Positions 35,700 through 46,261 of a stretch of 64,000 nt of DNA are shown here, in pieces. Source of the DNA: Zygnema circumcarinatum SAG 698-1b (taxonomy: Eukaryota > Plantae > Zygnematophyceae); assembly GCA_037447605.1 (NCBI GenBank), contig CM074815.1:2046001-2110000 (forward strand). The letters run 5' to 3'. A program made the translations under genes and the position numbers. Every line of letters starts with the position of its first letter. Positions within the stretch are counted from its first letter, which is position 1. Under the pieces are notes generated by a model. That model did not search any database. It was not told the origin of the DNA and saw only the letters and a list, made by a program, of their open reading frames with translations.

Positions 35700-37442
35700 C
35701 TAGTAGGCCTCCTGAAGGCGTTCAGAAAAGAACCCCCCACTTGTGGGCGGCGTCAAGGCGAGGAACACAGGCGTGTCAGCTCCATCTTCGGCAGACTTAG
35801 GCCCCCCCCACGATGACATGTCGGTAGCACACCATCCGGGGCAGCATGCATTCACATACACTCTGCATTCCAAACAAATCCCAGTGCACACATTTGAGTC
35901 CCTCCTTCCCCATTGCAAAAAAAAGGGTCTAAATGTCAGACCTTCCAGTGGTTAGGAATGGTATCCACAAACCTTTTGCCCGCCGGGCGGCCTTCTAGTT
36001 GTTGGTGGAGCAGGCGAGTATAGGTGGCCTCAGCCACCTTGGAGACGCCATACATGGAGGACGGCCATCCCAGTTGCTGATGGCGCCCTTCAGAGATGGC
36101 CTTCGGGAACTCCGCCAACAGAGCCGAAAGCTTCTCCGGAGTGAGAGAAGGGTCTGTGAAGCGTTTCTGTGAAGGGAGGGAGGGAGGGGAGCGGAGTGGT
36201 GGGGGAGTTGAGGAAAAGACGGAGAGGGAGGGTCGGGGGTGGGACAGGGAACAGGGAAGGGGAGCAAGAGTACAAGAAAAGAGGGAGAAACAAAGAGGGG
36301 CGAACATACTGGTGGGGATAGAAAGGAGGAAAGCCAAGAGAGAAGAAGAAGAAGCGATGGCAGAGAAACAATTGAAGTTTATCGACATCTTTTTAATGAT
36401 TTGCAGGCCATACTGCTACTTGTTATGGCAATATAGCCATGACAAGTTGACAACCTACCACGAAAGGCCATGAAAACAAATGGTTGATTGTGTCACCTGC
36501 AGTTCCGCGCTCAGAATTCGAAGTTTCCCTGCCCTTGAGCACACATTCACTATGCGGGCTCCTGCAGAGCTCTCCCGTAGGAGAGGGAGGAAGCGTTCAC
36601 ACACAGCTCGTGTACCCTCATAGTTTACACCAATCACATAGTCTGCCTCCTCAGCCCCGAAAATGTTGCCCTTATGTGCGAATCCGGCATTGTTCACTAA
36701 TATGTCGATGCCATTGAATTTGTCCTCTACCCACCTGATACGCAAACGATACGGATTTGAGTATTAACATATGGCTATACATGATAAGTACTGAAAGCTA
36801 CACTTCGTCACACGGTCCAGGGGCGAGTTCATGTATGACTCAAGACACCGTAATACTAAAGTCCGGTTGTAACTTAAAAAACGTATGAGTGGATGACAGC
36901 TCCGGGACTGACTAGCGGTTCTACTTTGGTTCATTTTATTTGAAGGAAATAAGAAAGATGAAGGGTAATAGGCGTACATTAAGGAGAAAATACTTCAAAC
37001 AGTCACAGATCAATCGGAAAATTGCAGTACCCAGAAAACTAACCCTGACGACGGAGGTAGAGAGGGGGGGGAGAATCTAGGAGCTCAAATACAATGCGGC
37101 GGTACATGCAAGGGCATGTGATTCTCACATGAGTGACAGGTTTCGACTTGGTAGTTGGTATTCGGTCTCATTTTTTTGTTTTGTGAAGGATGCTATTGCG
37201 ACTCACCGGGAACATTTATCGATGGTTTCCGTCTTGGTAATATCCATTTCACAAAAATGCACATTTTTTAGCCCCACTTCTCGTAATTTTTCGCATGCTT
37301 CTTCTCCGAGAGCCGGATTCCGAGCACAAACCACAGTTGTAATTCCCTCTGCGGCAAGCTTTTTTGCAATTTCAAACCCGATGCCCTTATTGGCCCCAGT
37401 TACAAGAGCCACTGTCTTGTCGCTCCACCATTTATCCGCCAT
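35700..37442 (-). CDS. Short-chain dehydrogenase/reductase, carbonyl reductase/neomenthol dehydrogenase-like, 4 exons
   Basis: VTGANKGIGFEI, DILVNNAG, RIVNVCS, catalytic YGVSK, VNACCPGWCATDM; exons splice in phase. Confidence 0.92.
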
Positions 37443-38083
37443 GGTTGACTGCAAACATCAACAATCTGTAGCTGAGACTACTTTGACAAAGGCAGTACCC
37501 TTGACTTTAAAAACAGTAAAAGTCCATATTGTACAGCTTAAGAGGGAGGATTATGTGTCAGCCTTAAAGAAAGCAGAAAGCAATTTTTTGTAACCTTCTC
37601 ATTTAATCCAGTGCTATGTCATCTAACATTCAGAACCGAAGACGAAGAGAGACGTTTCTAGCAATGCAACAATCACGAAAGAAGCGCACAGGACATCCTT
37701 CCATCTGAATCTGACACACTGAAAATTTCAGCCGTGACGAGCTTCTGTTTCCAAGTAGCTCTTGCTCTTGCTGTTGCTCAGCATTCCTTGAACAGGAAAA
37801 TAACCTGAAGTATCTTGCAAGAGCTCAGCAATCACTGCCAAAGCCCTAGCTCAAAATATTGAAAGGTTTACATACCCTAGTGGCTGCAGTCGTCAGCTTC
37901 CGGAGAAGCCCTCCCACACCCGCTACCACTCCCGTTCCCCCTCCCGCTTTCCTTCCCGAGCCAAGCTTCGTTGCTTCCACGACTATAGCGGCTCCCTTCT
38001 CCCCCCTCAAAGCGGCTCCAAAGAATGGCTGCCCTCGCCTTCCGGGAGCTCGGATGTCTGCCGCGCGGCAAGCCGCGAAGCGC

Positions 38084-38423
38084 CACGTGGCAGTCTGAGA
38101 GAGCGCCAGCTCGGCTCAGTATGGACACGTGGCGCAAGGGACGTTGCCAGATGGCTGCGTTCTCCACCACGTGTCAGGTTCTGGATGCGCCACGTGGAAA
38201 CCGTGTGAGCCTCGATGACAGGCCACGTGGCACTCAAGGAGACCACTGCCTTTTCCCTCCGCCTCGAGCCGCTCTTTGCGAGGGAAGCCCTCAGTCTCCA
38301 GACGCCAGATGCTCTGGACGACACGTGGCGCGCTGTCACTGGTTGAGGGAGGAACACGTGGCGCTTCGAGGCTGCGACAAGTGGCAGGAGGGACTCATGG
38401 TGCTACTGAAGGAGTGACACGTG
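38084..38423. promoter_or_regulatory. Cluster of eight G-box/ABRE motifs in the divergent SDR/glycosylase region
   Basis: CACGTG at 38084, 38126, 38168, 38191, 38224, 38322, 38355 and 38418; six extend to CACGTGGC and one to CACGTGTC. Confidence 0.7.
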
Positions 38424-38575
38424 GCACGAGGAGGATCGATTGGGTGTTGCCGCGTGGCATCAGGTCAGGGGGTTTCTCCTTCTGCCAAGTAGCCCCCTTT
38501 TGCTCTCTGCCAAGCCTGCAGAGGTCAGGCCATGGCGATGGCAGCTTTCTCTGTTCGAGAGCTTCGCCCCAAAGA

Positions 38576-40867
38576 ATGTCCATGGCCGCCTTGAAGGTAG
38601 GGAGGGCATCGCTGGTGCTGAAACGTGGGAGCGGTTCCGCCTTCAGCTCCTCGGGTGACTTTTCGAACCCTACTAGCTCTAACAGCCCTGGAAACCCCAA
38701 AATTTCTTCAAATTGCGGCTGGGGGAGCTTGGACAGGTGGAGAGAGGGAGTCCCTAAAGAAGCAAAGAGAAGGCTGGAATTCGGGGTTTGCAGTGAAGGA
38801 TCAACAGGGAGTTTCCAACGAGAGATGAAGACTTTAAAGAGAGAGAGAGAGGAAGTAGGAGAGGTCACGGAAGAGCGAGGCATAATAGGAAGAGATGGCA
38901 AGAAAGTGAAGAGAGAGAAAAATGTAGAAGAAGAAGAGATCAAAACAACGAGAGAGGCAAAGGGAGGAGACGCCGAAAAGGTGAAGAGAGAGGTAGATGG
39001 AGACGAGAAAGGGCAGGTAAGGAGAGAGCTTGGAGAAGGAGGAGGACATGAACTGCTAGGTGTCCTTGGCTTCAGTAATAAGCAAAGCTTGAATGAATTT
39101 GGCAAAGTTAGGAGGAGAAGTGCGAGAGTGGAAATGTTAGAGAAGAAGAAACATGCTGCGGAGGTGCAGAAAAAGAGTTCTGCTGTTTTGAAGGAAGAGC
39201 CTGAGCATAGGAGAAGGGCTCCAAAGAAATCTCCTGCATATGAGGAGCAGATTGCAGTGCTTTCTGTACCAGGAAAGGAAGAGAGGGAGGAACGAGCAGC
39301 CGTTGGTGGGCCTGAGACACCAAGAAAAAGCCACGAGGTGAAGTTGGAAGAAAGAGCTGAAGGGATTACAGGGGAAGGACGGGGAGAAACGGTGGATCGA
39401 CCCTTCGCAAAACGAAAAGGGACATCGGCTAGAAACTCTCAAAATTCTAGAAACTCCTCTATTGCTAGAATCTCTAATTTAGTTGGAGATGGAGATGGGA
39501 AGAAAACAAGTGCAATTGTCATCTCTGATATGGTTGAAGTGCAGGCGAGTAGTTCTATTCGAGTATTAGAGGCGATGACTGCTTTCTCTGCTGAACCTTT
39601 TCCCAACTATGAGCGGCCATATCCGGACGAATGTCGGGAAGTTGAGAAGCGTTTGGCTGCTCTCCATGGTGCAGTTCAACGGTCTCGAAGTCGAGCTTGT
39701 CCGTCTCTTATGCCTGGAGAGCACATGGAGATAGTTGAGAAGCAAGTGTCTTGCAGAGAAGGAGCATTTGGAGAAGATGAGTCGGTGCGGATGGACGAAT
39801 GTCGGGAGGGCATAGATAACGGTTGTATTGAGAGTGGAGAGAGAGGAATTCAAATTGTAAAGAAGGAAGTGATTGATGAATTATTGAGGCAGAAGCCCAA
39901 CTTTCAAGATGTGGGTGAGGAGGTTTCAGCGGAAGTCGTGCCCCGCAGAAACCATTTAAGTGTTGGAACTCCGCTCTCAGTTCTCGACTCTCTCATTCGA
40001 ACTTTACTTTCTCAGAATACCACCGACTCCAACTCTCGACGCGCATTTGCTTCCCTTAAGTCGTCATTTCCGACATGGGAAGAGGTGGAGATTTTTCTGC
40101 CTGTCATGACTCACTTAAGCTGATATTGGTGTGATTCCTTGACTTGAAATGTTAAGAATGATCAAGTAGAATTCGATATGAACAGACATTTCCTCCTCCT
40201 CTTCATTGGTATGAATTCTCCCATTTTATCTTGCATATTTCCATGTCTCAAAATGCTCAGGTTTGCTCTTTATGTCCTTTACCCTGTCTTGCTTCTCGTA
40301 CCCTTCTTCTCCTTCGCCTGAATACCTCATAACACTCTCTTTTTACTCTCTTCACTCCTACCTTTCCTTACGTCTCCTCGTCCTCTCTTCTCTCCCCATG
40401 TCCCAATCTACTTCATTCCCTTCACCTCCGTTTCTCCTCCCTTCATTTCTGTCCCCCTCCTCAAATTGTTCCATTCTTTTCATCCCCCTCATCCCTGTTT
40501 ACTTATTCCTCTCCCGTAGCCACCTATGCATGCTTAAACTCCCTCCCTTCACTCACTCTCTCAACATTTTCCATCTACCCACTTCCGATCACAGTACATG
40601 ACACGGAGCCTCTTTGCAGGTCCTCTCTGCAGAACCACAGCAGCTGCAGGACGCCATCCGCTGTGGCGGACTTGCAGAGATAAAAGCGCAACGGATTCGG
40701 GAAATTTTGAACACTCTGAACACGGAACGGGGGAGGCTCGATCTCGAATACATCCGTGACCTCTCCACGGAGGAGGTGAAGGCCGAGCTCAGCCGCTTCA
40801 AGGGAGTTGGTCCAAAGACAGTAAGTGGGGACAGCTGGCGCCTTCCTATTGGTCATCAAGGAGCTCT

Positions 40868-40935
<68 letters not shown>

Positions 40936-41531
40936 TAATATGAACTAATATTTTATCATCCCTTCTTTTCAAACTTCTCAAATGAGGCTCAACATTTGTT
41001 TTGGTACAGATCGCTTGCGTTTTGATGTTTCACCTTGAGCGCGAGGAGTTTCCGGTGGACACACATGTATGGAGGAGCTGACTTACTTCATCACTCCTCT
41101 TAATACCCGCTGCAACTTATGGTGTTGATCTCAATGTTTTGGAGAGTCATGGAAACTTTCGGAGTTCTCTTTACATAGTTTGCAGCTTCTTTGAGCACCG
41201 AGTCTCTACATTTCCTTGAAATTTTCTGCGTACGCGTCAACATACAGAGACCAAATCTGTCCCCTTTGTGCAGGTTTTCCGGATCACCAAAATGTTGGGC
41301 TGGGTACCTCCCTCCGCTGACAGAGAGAGGGCCTACCTCCACCTCAACCGGCGGGTCCCTGACGAGGCCAAGTACGGCCTGCACTGCCTCCTTGTGGCCC
41401 ACGGGAAGGGCTGCGAGAGGTGCGCCAAGGGGAGGGCGCAGAGGGCCCCCAAGGGGCCCTGCCCCCTCACCAATTGGAATGCGGAGTACATAAAATTCGA
41501 ACCGCGAGTCCATGACCCTCTAATTATATGA
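38576..41531 (+). CDS. HhH-GPD/endonuclease III-family DNA glycosylase (At3g47830-like) with a long charged N-terminus, 4 exons; start codon uncertain
   Basis: PFPNYERPYPDEC, SVLDSLIRTLLSQNTTD, AIRCGGLAEIKAQRI, FKGVGPKT, FPVDTHVFRI, LHLNRRVPD, CERC. Exons end at 40084, then 40620-40820, 41010-41066 and 41274-41531. Confidence 0.88.
40869..40934. repeat. (AGC)22 intronic microsatellite
   Basis: Perfect trinucleotide run within glycosylase intron 2. Confidence 0.95.
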
Positions 41532-41789
41532 AGGAACTGCTCAACTGGGCACGTTTTCTCGCAAGCATTTTTGGGATTGGTGAACGTTTGGCGGTTGGTT
41601 TCTTGTTGTGCCATCGATCTGATTTGTGGAATGCCAACAATGCTGTTGTGTGGGGGCTGCTTCCCTATGGCATTGAGACAGCAGATGGGCACCTCATGCA
41701 TGGCATGAGCTGAACGTAGGGCATGGCATGGCATGGTCATTCCGCATGACCACATGTCACATGGGTCTGTTTTGTGTGGGGCAAAAATA

Positions 41790-42250
41790 TAAGACTGGAG
41801 ACCGTTGGCCAAAAATTGCCAACGATTTCCAATTGTTGGAAGTAGGAACCATTGGTTGGCGGCAGCAACCCAGCCGATGCCAATCATTGGAACCACTTGT
41901 TGGTGAACCTGGCGACTATTGCCGCTACGAAGTGGTTCGAACCAATGGTTGGCGCACGCGGCCAGCCGTTGGCTCCCATGTTCCTCAAAGCTTCAGCACC
42001 GACCGCCGTGCGCTTCTTGATGGCCCCAACAACCGTCTTGAAGCTTAGTTTAGTATAAGTACTATTCTGTGCTGTTATCCATAACTTCTGGGGCGGGAAA
42101 TGTACTGGTTTCACTTCCGACGCGCCCGCTTGGCTAGTGGTTGGCGGACCTAGCCAGCCACTGGCCAATGGTGGGGGCCGAAGCGAGTGGCTGCCAACCA
42201 TTGCCGGACGGTTGACTGCCAACCATTGGCAAGGGGGCGGCTGGCTGGCC
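41790..42250. repeat. Degenerate AACCATTG/CAATGGTT family element between the glycosylase and hAT genes
   Basis: Repeated AACCATTGG, CCAATGGTTGG and GCCAACCATTG motifs, preceded by a CATG-rich tract at 41690-41765. Confidence 0.6.
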
Positions 42251-43245
42251 AGCCGGCCGTGTGCAGGAGGGTCAGGACTAGGGCTGCCTTTGCATGAGCG
42301 GGGACGCGGGGGCGGTCTGGTCAGCCACGGGCTGGTTAGGGGACGGCTCGGAATACGCACTTTAGTGAGTTTCTTCTAGCCAAGGCCTGCAAGCTTGACA
42401 AATACTTCTTTATCTTGTATTATGGTTTATCGTTTGGGATATCTCTCTGACCTTTCCTTGGCTTGGCTTCGGTTTATGGTTGAGGATCACAGAAATGATT
42501 TATTAAATGCATTCAAAGTTTATGCTCTGTGCAGATTTTGACGAAGCAATAAGCGAGTTTTGAGAGGAAGGGATTCAGCCTCGAAGGCTTGCGGGGACTC
42601 CCGGAACGTGTTCAGGCACGGAATGTCAGTTATTTATTCTTTTTATTATTATTATTTTAATTTGCACATTTGACGTCGATAAAGAGGATGGTGTGCTACT
42701 GGTGAAGGTGGAAGGTGTTGATGATTGCAGCAGGTGCCGATGCTGATGCTGATAATAATCATGTTGATGCTCTTGATGATGATGATAATAAAGTTGCTGA
42801 CGAGGATTTGGGATGATGATTATGATGTGATTAGTGTTGACGCTGGTGGTGATGATAAGTGCAGTTGATGAAGGTGGAGATAATGCTGCTGTCTTGGCGA
42901 TGATGACGATCGTAGCAACTGCTGAGGCTGCTGCTAATGATGATGATGATGATGCGGAAAATGCTCATCCTTATGCTCATGTCGCTAAAGATGATGATGT
43001 TCATGCTTGTGGCGATGATGTTGCTGCTGTTGATGATGATTCTAGCAGCAGGTGTTGATGCTGATGTTCACATTGATGACGATGACGAGGGCGCTGCTGC
43101 TGCTGCGAATGATTATGAATACTCATGTTGAAGTTGATGATGTAGATGCTGACGCTAACGATGAAGGGGCATGAATTTATGAAACGTGGCGTTGCTTTTT
43201 TTTGCGTGTATTGTAGTGAATAGAATCGGAATTTTGGCACACACG

Positions 43246-45559
43246 ATGGAGCTTGCGGAACTAGGACGGCTTCCGGCACATGGAGGATTAATTGGTATGA
43301 TATGCTTTCCATGCAATGCAAGACAAATTGATTGGCCATTTTGGCAGTCGATGTTTTTTATTTTAAGATCGATTGATTTGCTTTCCTATGTTCGTTCTGT
43401 CGATGTCATGCATAGTTATTGTATTTTGTTCGTCTGAATTTGCACGTTGATGCTGATGAAAGCTATCCTTGTGCAGAGTTGAATGTGTCCCAGACAGGTG
43501 ATTCCCCGCCAATCGGAACCCGCGTTAATGTTGAAATCAGAACACCCATGTCCGTACGGCAAAGAATATTGAGGAAGTTCAGTAGAGATGAAACAGACAA
43601 GTTCAATCTTTGCTGCTATTGTGGACACAAGTTTCGATTCCAGACTTCCAGTTCGAGTCTTCGATATCATCTTGACACCAAACATCCATCATGGAAAGAT
43701 GATGAGGCTTTCGCTCTCCCAGCTCCTTTGTCTTCCATCAGCAACGTTCCTTTGACCAGTGATCAGAAACGCGAGTTGGAAAATTTGATTGCGCAATGGT
43801 TGGTCAACGACGTTGTACCTTATGATGCTGTGGAGAGTGGGCATTTCCACGAACTCTTGGGTTTTTTGAACAGTTCAGTGACTATTCCATGCCGCGAAAC
43901 TATGAAGAACCGGATCATGCAAGCCTTTGGGCTGATGAAGAATGATGTGAAGGCAGTATTGCAGTCGGTGGATTCTAAAGTTTCTTTAACCACCGATGTT
44001 TGGACATCCATTGAAGAATTTCCTTTCCTCATTCTCACAGCTCATTGGATCGATGCTCAGTTCAATTTGAGGTCGATTGTGGTTGACATTGTTCCGATTC
44101 CTTACAGCTACAAAGATGAAACTGTTCAAGAAGCTCTTCAGGCAGTGTTGGTGGAATTTGGGATTCTGCAAAAAACTTTTGCTATCACGACTGATACTGA
44201 TAGCTGCGTTGTCAGTGGAGCGCATCTATTGGCCGAAAGATTGAAGCACGAGCATGGCATTCACTTGCATGTCAGACGATGCATGGCTCATATACTCGAA
44301 GGGATTATGAAAACTGGAGTGCTTGCAATCCAGTCAACCATTGAGAAGGTTCGCGAGTTCGTAGAGTGTGCTCAGCGTTCATCTTCGATCATGCGAGAGC
44401 TGAACGAGTGCCACAGGGCGGCAAGTTCGGGTGCAGGTAATGCAGTCGAACCTCTCAAAGAGGTTTCTCACTCGTTGAGCAGCACCTTTCTCTCTCTCTC
44501 GTTCTTCCCCCCCTCTCTCTGTCCCTCTCTCTCTCCCTGTGTCTTTCTCTCGCTCTTATATCCGATCCCTGAATTTGTGGTTGCATGTAATTCCTTCTTT
44601 CTAAAATTTTCAGTTTGTTTTCCAGGAGACCATTCTGACCTTGGACAATGGTGCGGAGTTGGGGTGCAGGTGAAGCCATCATGTTTCCAAAGGAAGTTTC
44701 GAGTCGTTGGAATGACACATATCTCATGCTTGTTACTTATTGCAAGGTGATTCGAGCCGTTGAATCTGTGACTGCAGGCGACCCCGCTCTCGCCAAGTAT
44801 CGCTTGACTTCAGCAGAAAAGGCTGACCTTGTAGAAGCTGTGGAGTTTTTGGAACCCCTTTACGGAGCAACGAATTCCATGTCAAGCAGTTCGTTTCCAA
44901 CGCTCGCACTCACCACCTTCTTTGTGGACTATATTGTGGAGACTTTGAAGAATACAAGAGACGACAAAAACTTTGAGGCAATGCCAGCTTGGAAGGTGAA
45001 AGCGGCAAATGAGATGTGGGAAAAGTTGAGGTCCCATTTTGAGCATATTTACAGTTTTGACGGATATGCAGGATCGATTCTGGATCCGCGAATCAGAAAA
45101 TCTTTGATGCCGGAAAGGCTTCAAAGTGAGAGCTTTTTGGACGACTTTGAAAACCTGCTCCGTGAGCAGTATGCTTTGGACGACTCCTCCGATTTGGCCC
45201 TTGCCAATGATGTGAATCGAATGTCTTTTGCGGAAAAAATTGCGTTCAAACGCCAACGCCTTGTTGTTCGCGGAGTCCGCGATGAAGTTCACGAATATTT
45301 GAGAAATGCGACGATTCGAATGAACAGCGATGTTCTGTCATGGTGGAAAGAAAACAGGATTCGCTTTCCAAGAATGGCGAAAATGGCCCGAGATTTCCTT
45401 GCAGTCCAAGCCACCTCTGTACCGAGTGAGCACATTTTCTCCAAAGCGGGAGACGTAGTGATCGAAGAACTCGCCTCTTTGGATGAAGAAAACGTCCAAC
45501 CGATCCTCTGTGTTCGGAGTTGGATCAGGAATGGGATCAAGTTTAGGACACAGAGTTAG
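43246..45559 (+). CDS. BED zinc-finger hAT transposase-derived gene (SLEEPER/ZBED-like), 3 exons, 632 aa
   Basis: Exons 43246-43294, 43477-44436 and 44670-45559 sum to 1899 nt in frame. BED finger CYC...HL...H; LTTDVWTS, ITTD, RCMAHIL, RWNDTYLML, WWKE..., SVPSEHIFS. Confidence 0.85.
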
Positions 45560-46261
45560 GTCTTACGTTTTAGGGTCCTGCAAGACTTTAGGGGTTGTAG
45601 ATCTTAGTATGTCCAGGGTTTTCTTTTTCAGTCTTGTAGGATTCTAGATTTTAAGGCCTTTCGGTTCTTAGAGTTTTGGGGGCTTCGGGTATTTTGAGGG
45701 ATTTTTGAAGCTTTTAGGAGTTGCAGAGACCTGCAGCCTCCAAAAGTGACATCTTGTTTGTAAAGTGGTCCTGCTTGCTGACTGTACATATCACAACACA
45801 CTCTTGTATGTTGTTCCTGCAAGCGAATGCAACCTGCCTGCCAACCTGCCTTAAAAGGCCACACTGTCGAACAACAACACCGCCAAAACATAATAAGATT
45901 GATAAGTTTTTAATGAATCGGTTACGGAATGGCACGTTTAGTGTCGTTTTAGGGAAATTGCAATTGAGGTGCCCAACATAACGGTGCGTAGACATCAGAA
46001 GGATCACTTGTAGGATCACCGTACGCTCTGTTCTAGTATTGAATTGTGGAAATTTGCGGCTTCATTTTTAGGTTTTGATGAATGTTCGCTCCATGCTTTC
46101 AAAGTGGAATGGAAAATGGTAAGGCCCAAATACAAGTACAGGTTTACCAAGGCCTGCTGCTTGTCATTCTGAAATCGTACATCATCAGAATTTTCAATAG
46201 CTCCAAAAACCTCTGTTACCCTGCTCCGCTTTACCCTCAACACCGACAAATGACAGCTGGC

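Noticed and set aside
38276-38575. Upstream extension of the glycosylase ORF
   Set aside because: Starts at a TTG in G-box-rich promoter-like sequence; the first plausible in-frame ATG pair is at 38576/38582. The true start needs transcript data.
42680-43170. Asp/Ala-rich ORFs upstream of the hAT gene
   Set aside because: Degenerate GAT/GCT trinucleotide tract with stops in all frames and no domain.
42270-46200. hAT terminal inverted repeats around the transposase gene
   Set aside because: TAGGG-type starts occur (about 42277, 45571), but no complementary right end or 8-bp TSD was found.
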